Assembly (NCBI GenBank): GCA_030141605.1
Contig: JAQGDQ010000056.1
Coordinates: 558,001-622,000, forward strand
Direction: 5' to 3'
Source of the DNA: Tubiluchus corallicola
Lineage: Eukaryota; Animalia; Priapulida
Length of the DNA: 64,000 bases
In this document: piece by piece, positions 39,201-51,200 of the stretch
How the letters are laid out: the number at the start of each line of letters is the position of its first letter
Position numbering within the stretch: position 1 is the stretch's first letter
The notes under the pieces: generated by a model
Seen by the model: only the letters and a program-made list of their open reading frames with translations
Told to the model about the DNA's origin: nothing
Database searches by the model: none
Translations under genes and position numbers: made by a program

Positions 39201-42200
39201 AGCATCAAAGTACATTTCTGAGTACTCAGAAGTTTTATTTTATTATTACACCTACTTTGCAGGTAACCAGAGAAGCTGTACTGAGTCGTGCGCCTGAGTT
39301 TCATGAGCAGAGGATCCAGTCTATGACAAATTGCCTTCGTGTTTACGATTTGCTGACAGTCTTACTAGTGCGCAGAGTTCAGTTTCAAATGCTGTGCGAT
39401 GTAAGTACACTGTACTTTGCTGTTTTCGCTTCACTGTTCTGCCTTTTAAGGTATAAATCTTCTAGACTAAATCTATTTGACATCATTCTGTAATATTGAA
39501 ATATTGTCTTTGCTTGAGTTTGCATTTTGATTTAATTTTTTAGACGTTTGAACGAGCTCTAAAATTTTCATTGGAAGAATTTCATATCTGGTTTCAGTTT
39601 GCTTTAGCATTGATCTGCAATAGCAAGGTTAGTACAATGTTTTTGTACTACGTGCCTCATACTACGTGTCACAAGCTCTTTCTTGTTTGTGTGAGTAACT
39701 AAGTGTAAGTTAAGATATTTAGAGTGGCTGTACAGATATTTGTATATTGTTAATTTATAGGTACTAGGGAGTATGAGATTATCAATGTTTTAAATACCAT
39801 TATCAATTAGCTAAAATACCATAGACTTAAATTGAAGAGACTTCCTTCAGGTAATAGTAAGTCCTGTTGTGTGATGGAGATAGAAATTTATGATCAACTA
39901 GCATTTTTGGCTGGTCCTAGTTTGGAATTCTTAATAAATTCATTAACACTTGCATGAAATTTTTATGAAAGAATCAGTTTTATGAAATATCAGTTTTGAG
40001 CCACTATAATATTTTGGTGTGTAACTAAATTAAGTTTTTTATGTAACATGTTCTGCTGCTGTAAGTTAAAGTTGTTTTAAATTTTTAGCACAAAAGAGCA
40101 CTTTTGGTATTAAAAGAGTGTATGAATATGAATCCTGCAGATGCATTGGTACCACTGTATGCTGCTAAATTGTGCTTACAGCACTTACATAAGGTAATAA
40201 TTGTCTGCATTATTGTATTTGTTTTATATTCTACTAATTTACATTCTTTAGACTAATTAATTAAAATAACTTTTTCAGCTGTTAAACAGTTTTTGCCTCT
40301 TTGTGGCAAAATTTAATTGCTGTTTAGTATTAAAATGTTTTAGTTCTATAAACAGTTGCTCAGCAAGCAGCAAAATGACGTTATTGTCTAAATATTATGT
40401 TTTTTGTTACATATTACTTTTTTGTATAGTTGGATGAAGGCATTAGGTATGCTCATCAAGCAATAAGTATTGGTGAGAACTCTGCTCTCTGCCACAAGGC
40501 ATATCTGGTATTAGGTATTGGCTATAGCATGAAAGCAGATGAGGCACACATACAGACTGACAGACAGTCTTTTCAGAAGAAAGCATTGGATGCATTTTAT
40601 AAGTAAGGCCATCTTTCAGTTTCACTAAAATTGTAAAGATGTAATTACTGTTTTTTCTCCATGGTTCTGTTTGTCTATAATCTGGCTACATAGCACTGTA
40701 ATGTTAAAAAAGTTTATCACAGCCATTCATTGTATGGTAAAACAGAAAGTTACATTTCATATCAGTTGTGACGACAATTGCGTGTTGAATGCTGCTGTCA
40801 ACCAAAATTACCGAAAAGTAAAATATTACTATAACTGAGGTACATAAATTGGAAAGTAAAGTTATTTATTTTTTGTAATTGATGTTTCTTATTTTCAATG
40901 AGTTCTTGTAATACCAATGAACTTATTAGTATTCGTAATACTAATTTTGTATAGTGTATTTTGTCCAGTTTAGAAATCTTTTTTGTTTTCTTTATTTTGG
41001 TTTCGTCTACTGCATTAGTTCATTTTGGACTGTTCATGATGCTGGAATTTTCTTGTGTTATATTGCAGAGCTCATTCATTGGATCCTGGAGATCACTTGT
41101 GTGAATTTTACATTGCTTTTCAACATGCCATTGCAAGACAGGTATGAAGTGTCATCATGATGAGCTATTTTTTTACATGTAAATTAGTGCATTTCATCAT
41201 ATACTATACAGGTAGTCGCACGATCTACGGCCTATGCGAATTATGTCTGCTCGACTTACAACCCCACCACGGCTTAATCAATTATATGAAACTAAAAATA
41301 ACTCGTATTTCTACTTTTTAAGCAAATTAACTTTAAATTGCTATCTGTTTCGATAAATTCATCCTCAGGCATGGCCTTACTTAGTGCATCCACACATATT
41401 ATCTTACCGGTAGGGGCACACAGTTAAAACTGACTGTGGTTGTAAGTCTACAACTACCTAAGCAAGACTTCAAAACAGTACCTCTCCTGTTCTACTAAAC
41501 CTGTGGAGTTATTTGAAGATAAGTGGCACAATGATGGGCTTCCTGTTCTGCATCTGATTTTACTGACTATTCTTTCATCTCAGGTAGTGCTGGTGATGGC
41601 GAACAATGCTTTTGCAGGGCATCACTGACTGCACGATAAAAAAGTTTACATTGGCTTAGCAAGAACTCTGTTAAAACAAACAGCATTCTTTTATTTATAG
41701 CAGTGATTTTCAACCTTTTTTGAGCCACGGCACATTTTTTACATTTCCAAATTCCTCGGGCACACCACCAACCATTCTGACTGATGCGTCACATGACCAT
41801 TCTGACTGATGCGTCAGCACAGAAAGTGGTGAACTCTTGAAGTCTCACGTGGCAGGCTAGTCACATAATCGTTCACATCTCCTGCCTCCAAATTGTGGAA
41901 TTCTTTGGCCCTACAATTACGCTTGATCAAGTCGATTGACAGTTCTAAAGAAGCCTGAAAACTTACTATATTAATGAAGCCGTCTGTGGTTGATTGCCCG
42001 CAACACATTTACATTTGTATATATAGCAAACCTAAACTATGGTATATCTAAACCAGTTATGTGCTCAAAGTAAACTGTATATGAATTTACTAAGCAAACA
42101 TACAACAGCGATAATTCTCTTGTTTATCATTCAATCCCGCAGTGTTTTGAGAGTCAAGTTAGTATATTTGTAATGATGCTGTACATAAACACTAACTCTA

Positions 42201-45200
42201 CTGACTTTACAGGCATTTATCGCTCTCTGCTGCCACCCACTGAAATAGAAGAGTATTACATTATCGGCCACACTTTATTACAGCACAGACACAAGACAAT
42301 GGTTAATTAGGTGATATTAGATAATTTCCCACGGCACACCTGATGATCTCTCACGGCACATCAGTGTGCCGCGGCACACTGGTTGAAAAACACTGATTTA
42401 TAGGTCATTGTATTTACTTCTTTAGCAAGAACTCATTTCAATCAAGCAGCGTTTTTTGATTTGCAAGTTAACATGTTTATTCTTTCTTTGTCAGGGAGTG
42501 TTTCACAGTCACGAAAAATGGTACAGCCATTTTTAATTGAACGTCATTAGATAAGAACCTTTGATTTTTTTCTTCATTTTCTCTGATAAGTCAGATTGGT
42601 TTTTCGCTAGTACACTATTATTAAAACATATAAACGTATTACGTATATTACTAACACGTGTGGAATAGAGGTCACAATAATATTCAATGGTGCCGAGCTG
42701 TGTTTTACATTTAAAATAGTTGTTTGGTTATGTGATAGTTTACAAGCTCCATGTCAAAAAGTACCATAATATATGTAGCCTCCCAATATTTTTTGAAGTT
42801 GAGAACAAGTGATTAAATCTTGCCTTTTAGGATTTTTCCCAAAAGTTGCTGACTCGCTTCTGGTGTGTTCACTTGCTTTGTCTATGATGCAGAACTGTGT
42901 TTATGTTTGAAAATTATTTTGCTTGGGATTTCTTTTAGATTCCTCAAGCTCTAGAACATGTCCGAACGGCTTTGGACATTAACTCAGAACACATACATTC
43001 CTTGCATTTACTTGCCTTGCTCTTGTCAGCTAACAAACACTATAGGAAAGCTCTGCAGGTCATTGCATTAGCTCTCAATGATTATCCTGATGATATTGAG
43101 TAAGTACTTTTGAAACAGATCAGATTAATTTGTTTACAGTTATTACATGTCGTTCTATGTTGTAGTAAAGAGTTTAAGCAGGGGAAACGATGTCATATTT
43201 ATTGTGTACAGCTTTGTAAATTTTTGTGTAGTGTGACCAGCTAAGTAAATAAGGTACCGCCTAGTTATGGAAACTTTTCAAGGGCTAATCAAGTTTTATT
43301 TTGATCCCGCATCAGCCCCATACCATAAAATGCAAAAACAGATTGATTGTAAGGTTCTCAGAACTGCATATTTTGAGCATACGTTTGTTTTTGATCTTTT
43401 TCACTATGATGCTTTTTTGCAGTCTTATGTTTACTAAAGTATCGTTAGAAGAACACTCTCTTGGTGTAGATGAAGCTCTTTCAACTTGCAAGTACATGCT
43501 GTTTAAATGGAGAGAGGATTTTGAAGTGGAAATGGCAAAGTATGATCATCTTTTTTAATCTCATTCTTTTTATAAATTTATTTCTTAGATGTATGCAGTG
43601 TAAGACTGTGAGCAGCGACCTGAATTGCTGTTTACGAAAGTGAGGGAAAATGATATATTTGAATTAGATGGCAAACAATGAATAATACATTCTACATACA
43701 TAGTTGCTTGCTAAATCCAACTGCATCATAGCATACCTATATCAACATGGATATTTCATAATTCTGTTATGCTTTTGAATACATAATGCAAATTATCACA
43801 GTTTTTCATTTTCATAATACTGCAATTGTCAGTTGGTCTGCTTTCAGATTACACTGAAGCTACTTTTTCTAACTGAGACTTTTTTTTATATTAAGTTGAC
43901 CAGGTTAGCAATTAGCTAGTACACAGTGACACCTTTGCATGAAGTATGTGAAAGCGGTGTTGTAGTCATTTCTTTAACGTTTTCAGTTTTGTGGTCATAA
44001 ACACAAAAAGTGCAAGTCTAGAGACAAAAGCCTTTCGAAAATGTTTATTAATGTTCGTATTTTTGATGTTTGGGTGAGATTTGCTTCACCTATTGTTTAC
44101 CTCAATATATAGATTGGCAGAAGAGCCGGCACCAGAGGTGGCATACAGTGATATACGCAGTACTGCTCACCTTACTGATATCATCGACCGTGATTCAGGT
44201 ATAGTTTGTATGCTGTGATCTTTCTCTTCACTCATTTTCCCATAGTTCACCACTTTTTGCTTTATAAACTACATTTTATGGGAGAAGACTGTTTGATAAA
44301 ATTTGTTCAGTCTATAAGGCTCGTCTTTGCACAGTTTCAATTAATGACTGCTTGTTGGAAAAAAATATTATTTATTGAAATTTAACCATTGAACATTTCG
44401 TGTTAATTTTGAATTTGAATTTTATTCTAATTAGTTAATAGAGTATTATTATTTTAATAGCAGAGAAAAGTCAAATTGCATGTATTGATTCAAACTCATT
44501 ATGAATTGTTGGTCACTACTATACACTGCTTTTCCTATAACATAGCACATGAGGAAAAAACGGGCAACTTGTTAGTATGTTTTTACACTGTGTGGGCAGT
44601 GTTTGCAAAAATCTTGTAATTTGCTATTAATAGTGTACTTGGCCTAAAACAAAAGAGCTCTCTTCCCTACTATGCAACTAACTGACTGTGCACATTCATA
44701 TGTATCAAATCAGTTTCAAGACAAGTGATCATTGCTCTTTACTGAGCAACTAACAATAACTGTTGTAAAATATGAAAACTGTTTTTAAAGGTCAACAGAT
44801 TTAGCACTTTTTGAGACAGTTGATTAACTGTGACATAAATTATGTTGAATTTTCATTAGCTGCTCATCGCTAGTAACAACACGTGTATCATGTCAATATG
44901 TTAATGATTTATAGGTGTGTATAATTTAAGTAATAAATAAGAATGCCTGAAAATTTTCACACTGGGATTTGAACTCGTGTCTCTGAGCATCTGTGCTAGC
45001 TAGTGCTCTACAGATAGCTCAGTTTTTTGAATTAATAAATTAACTGTATGGGTTACTCAGAGCTGCAGGCTCTTTCAAAGCATTGTTATTACTTATATTA
45101 TGATTTTTTGCCGAATGCTAGGTTCGGTACAAGCAAATTCCTTAGCTGCTTCCAGAGTGGAGCATGCTCTTTCTGAAGTCGTATCTTCTATGACTAGTTA

Positions 45201-48200
45201 CACTCCTAAAACAGGACCTCACAGATCATGGTTGATTCAGGCACAGATTTGGATGCAGTTGGGTAAGTGACAGGTGATTACAACAGTAAAAACTTAACAT
45301 TATAAATTTCTAGTATAAATTTCTAGTATGACTTAAAAAATGGTGTCGTTGGATTTTGATCAAGCCGTGAGGAATAATGGCTGGAAAACTGCCTGAGCAA
45401 ATGGTCAGCAGTCGAGAGTTAATCAAATCACTGTTAAAAATCTAATTGCAAAAATAATGTTTATCCATCATTTCTGCTTCTAGGCTTTTAGGTTAAATGT
45501 TGTAATCCTGGTTTGTGACATCCATAAACATTTTTGTTCATTGGACTGAAAGAGCCAGAGCAATGTTCACATGATTTTTAATGCTAACAGCTACTAGTTT
45601 TACTTACTGAAGATTACTTAGTCATAAATTGCATTGATGATGATCAATACTCTATTGATTTACTATATCAGCATTTCAACTTGCATACAAAGTTCATAAC
45701 TTCGAATGTTTCAGGTGAGTTATACTTGGCTGCAGACCAGGCTACAGAAGCACAGAGTTGTGTGCAAGAAATTTTGACAATATTTCCACTTTCTCATCTA
45801 GGATTACACATGGTAAACCATTTTACTCTTCAGTCATTGCAATTGACATTTGCTTGAAATAATGCAGAAAAAACATCGGCTCTTGTTGATAACAACATGT
45901 TACCTAGTAAATGCTTATATTTTGTTGCAGTCGGGCATCATCATCAGAGCTCAAGACAGCTAGAAATATAAATTAAATTATAATTTAATAAATGCTACTA
46001 TCCTGTTAATTATCTCTGAATAAACACCAGATGAATCATGTAATTCACAGCCTAACAACCCCAAAAAAATTTTGCACTCACACATCAAAAATGTCAATTC
46101 AATTGAGAAGCACAATTGTACAAAATATTTTAAACTCGCTTGTCTAAGTCTTCATCTGATAGGATCACTTACTAATTACTATCATTAATCCATAATTAAA
46201 TCACTTCACAAGTAACTTGTAAATTGCTAATTTCACATCTATTTCTTGCAAATGACTGCTTTTACACCAAAACCCAAAAAATGAAACAATTAAGATAAGT
46301 GTGTGATTTTTATTGTTTTTATAGATAAGCTAAAACTAGCTACTTTAGCTAAATAGCTTAAAATATTTTGTGTAATTTTGCTTACAATTGTTGTTTTTGT
46401 TTTGTGAGTGCTAAAATTTTTCCGGTCGTGCCGTGAATTACATGATGTGTTTAGTGGATATTTAGGGCTAATTAACAAGATACCAGCATTCATTAGGTAG
46501 TATTTAATATATATTTCTACCGGGCTTGCAAAAGTGCTCTGATTGTGATCCGGAGTGCACCGAAATGTAAGCAATACCAGTACCGTGTGGTTATGAATAG
46601 AGAGTTTCCTCAGCAATCGCATAATGCTTTTTTGATTGTAGCAGCAGAACTGACGTCATCCTGCTATTGCAGTGATTGTAGACTAGAATCATTGTACTGT
46701 AGAGCGCCTTAGTTTAAACAATATCTTTTTACATGAAAGTTAATGATCGAAAAAACATTACAATCGCGTATGCAATAGTAATAAATGCAAGTGTAATTAC
46801 TCAAACGGCGATTGGCTAACAGGAGAAAACCTATATTAAGGCTTTTCAGAGTGTACATATATCACTTATACAAATTCGTAAGTAGACAATTTTAAAAAAA
46901 AATGTTAGTTAGTCATTTAAAATAGTTATGTAACTTGTTGTTAATGTAGAGCGCCTGTTAACAATTACAAGCTGATAGTTAGCCATCGACAGTTTCTGCA
47001 TGAGCTAGGTAGCACCAGCACGTGTACTTTAGTTCATAATTGTGTGTTCTTGTCTCGTGATGCCTAAACGATTTAATTATTTTAAATTCTTCAAAAACAG
47101 ACTGCAGCGAAACGTTCCAGACATGGTTCTGACTAACCGTAGAAACATCATTTCAGAATCAAAAGTTTTTGCTGTTTGACTGCAGCAGAAACTCTATTAA
47201 CAGCTGTTGTTTTTGTTGCGTAAGACTCAGGTTCCCTAAGAATGAATCAGTTTATTTGAAGTAGTTTATTTTTGGTGCTATTTATTGTGTGAATCCTAGA
47301 AATTGCTTCCTATTACAATTAAAATATCACATCATAATTATTATATTAGTTGCTCATTTAATATTTGCATTTTCTTAAAAGCCGAGCATCATAAGGTTGT
47401 GCTGCATGAAAATGTTTTTAGTCACTTCCACTGTACTACGTAAAAATTCTGCTTTGCTTTTGGCAACATGAATAGTTCACATAACAATGGCACGATTTCT
47501 TAGTTTGTTGTCTGTCGGCTTTATTGTTACACATTCTTCATAGTGCAAGACTTGATAGAGTTATCTTGGCTACCTTAATAATTATATAGCAGTTAGCGAA
47601 ATATCAATAGTTTCTGGTTTTGTTTTAGAAAGGAAGGATTCATGAATACAAAAATGAGTTTTTTGATGCAGAAACTTTTTATAAACATGCCACTGCCATC
47701 AATCCATACTATGTCAAGAGCTTGCAGCATCTAGTAAGTACTTGTTTTTATTAACTTAGTAGTTTTCCCACTACAGGAGTTGTAGCAGAAATCTCTGCAC
47801 TAAGTTTTTTCAGGCATGGTAAAGACTAAACATATGCTAAGAAATGTTAGTAGTGGGTGTAAAGCTGTATACCTGAATTATGATTCAGGGTCATTTTCAG
47901 CAATTTTGATTTTCTGGCTTTTGCTTTGGTCGAAATTATTCATTGCCAGCCATTGACAAAATACAATATTGCTACTGAACTTGTGGTGAAACCTTTTTAA
48001 ATGCAAGTTGTACTTTATTTATTCAGTTGCAGTTTATTTCATTGTGTCTATATCAGAGGTCTCCAAAGTCATCGATATTGACCCCTGAGAGTCGATTGGA
48101 TTATCCAAGGTGTCAATAAATACCTGAGGGTCAACATTTTTTATGTATTTAAGGGGGAAGGTGGATATTCACAGGATGAAGGGATACAGAATAACGGTTT

Positions 48201-51200
48201 CGCAGTGCTTGGTATTCAGTTTTCCTTACTGATGTATATGGAAGCAGCATTTGGTATGCAGTTCCCCTCATGGAAACTGCACATCTACTTAATTATTATT
48301 AACATTTATTTTTTTGTACATGCCTGAGGTCGATGAGAAATCAAGGGTTCCATGATGGAGCCAATGGTCTAAATTGTTTGGGGCTCCTGGTTTATATTGT
48401 AGTTTTAGAATAAAATCATAATTTTTAAAGCTAACGAAATGACTCAAATTTGAAAAAAGCCCTCTTTACAGAAATTTAATTGAAAATACATATATTATTA
48501 TTAATAAGAACAATAGTTTTGCATACTGGATCCAGGTTAGCTAAGCTAGTACAAATTTGTCTAAACTAAATATACCAAAACGATGTGGCAACTGTAATAA
48601 TTTTATTGTGGAATTTTGCAATGCTAGAAAGCTTTAAAATTATTTTACAATATTTTTATCAGTATTACTATTGTTCTTTTGCATTTGCAATTGTTTTATG
48701 CTGCCAGTGTAGGTTACATTTATTTGATATGATTGATTTGCAATTCATAATCGTAGTTTGCAGTAAGTAGATAGAACAATATTACAGCAGCTTTTTGATA
48801 TGTTTTATTTCTTTTTAAACATAGTTCTTATTATAAAAACAAGGAAAACATTATGAAAATTTGATGATGTAAAAGTTCGTCTGCGTAGCACAAGTAAACT
48901 TGTTAGTGAAAACTTGATGTGGAAAACTGGTCATGTAAAAGACAGTTCTTCATAAATGGAAGCACTTTCTCGTTAAGAGAAATTTATAACGAAAAATTTT
49001 GTCTTGTAGACTAAGCTTTAGCTTTTTCTGTTTCACTGGAAGTTTTGCCTTTATTTTTTGCTTGACTGAAAGGTTTTTAGATTCTACTTTTTTACTCAAT
49101 GTGGAATTTTTGTTTTTAGATTCTCTGTTTTTTCCTTAACCGGTTGTTTTCATTTCTATATTTGTGCTTTTTTCTTCTTGAGTGGAAGTTTGCAGACTTA
49201 CCCTTTATTTGTTTGTTTAAATGGAAGTACTGTCACTTATCTTTTAGTTTTGTGCTTAACAGAAGGTTTTCAGATTTGCGTTTTTACTTGTCTGCTTAAA
49301 TGGAAATTTTCATTTATAGTCATTAAGTAGTGCTTAATTAAGGAGTTTTTTGTCTTTTAGCGTTGCTTTTATGGTTAACTGGAATTTTGATTTTCTCTTT
49401 AGGTTTGATTTTTATGGTGCATGGCATTTCTTCACTGTTGGTTCTGACTATTTATGCTGAGAAGTTTTTGAGTTTAAGCTGTTTTTATGCGTACCTAATC
49501 AATTTTTTTCACTTTAAGGATTTTACTTTTTATGCTTTATGATGTCAGACTTTTCTTTCTGCTTGGTCGTTCTTAAACTTTGTTTGCGTTTATGAGCGCT
49601 TTTACCTTTAATGATATTTTTTAAGTTTGCTGCTCGCACACTTTAACACTAATATTCATTTACTTTATAAATTATGTAGGAACATATTGGCGCATTTGAG
49701 CTTGACGTCAGTTGAGTGACGCGCGCTGAGCTACATCAATAATTACACTGAATCAATTTTCCCTTCTGTTAACCGGCTGGTGGCCGGTACATTTATGCAA
49801 CATCACGTGCTGATAGGGGTCCAGTAGAAGCTTAACACTTTTCACGATGAAGCATATATGTTTACAAGAAATCACCTAACTGCACAGGTCTGCCCTATAT
49901 TGTAAATGTAGTTTACCCTTATTCAAATAATGATTTTCTTGTTGGTATGAAAATTTTCTGGGCATTCGATTAACACAAAGCAAGGGTAAATGTTCACTGT
50001 AGAACAATTTTCTTGCAAAACTTGTTTTGGACACTAGCGAACACAGCTGTTTATACTGAGGTTTTGAATTTTTTTTGTCCTTTTAAGCATGGAGAAACAG
50101 AAAACTTTTTTAGGACTGGGCAATTAAAGGAATCTATGACGACTCTAACTATATACGTACTAAGGACGAAATGCAATTATGAATGGTGTGATTAATGTAT
50201 TGTAGAAATTGGGTTGAAAGTTATATAAGAAGGAGAAGATTATTAAGTCAGAAACATTCTTTAAAACTGTACGTCCTCAAGTTTAATAATTTACTTTTTT
50301 ATTAATTTACATTATTAAAGGTCGGTGTTTCGCAAGGCCAGATGATTTATTCTAATTGACATTGTATTTTCACCATAATTAGCTTAATGCTTACATATGA
50401 ACAACTAAAATGACCTTGTATAGTGAGTATGTAATTGTACATAATTCCTAAGTTTTGTAACTGTTGTAATTTAAAATAACCTTTTGCTTTTTTGTTATTT
50501 AAAATAACATGCTGATAATGCATTGTGTACAGTAAAATTTTCAGCTTTCCTTTTCGACCCTAATAAGAAACAATGTTGGCACCTTTTGGAAGCCAAAACT
50601 GAACTTTTCTCAAGTCTATTTCTCAATCCTGATTCATGAACTGTATCTCTTGCCTTGCATTTCGACTTGTTTTACCTGTGTCAACTTATTCTGTAGGTCG
50701 TTTTGCAAGTATCAAACTAATGAAGAGTTGTCACAAGTTATTTTTTGACCACATCTTTGGTAGCCATTTATTAAACTTAACATTAGCCTGTCATTGTTCT
50801 TGTTTGAACATTCTTTTATCAATGCACACCTTGATATTGGAAATGTAACTGCTGTCATTATTACAAAAATGCAGTGTTGAACTATATTTATGTAGCTTTG
50901 ATTTTGGCAAGTAAGGATATTATAAATGAATTATTCGCTAGCCTCAGGTAGAGACCTTCTCAGGTTGTTTGCTATCCCTTCACCAGCATGTCTGTGTTTT
51001 GAAGATAGTTCATGAATAATTCAAAACAATTTCCTGCTGGCTGACATTTGTCTGCACAGTGAAGAACCATGTTTTCTTCTCCTTAGGTCATTATCAAATC
51101 CCATGGAATTTGTTATGAGCCCATTGCGCGCGATTAAACAATTGCTGTCCATATTTTGCATTCTGCAATTCAGTGATGTATTAGAAGACATATCGTGACC

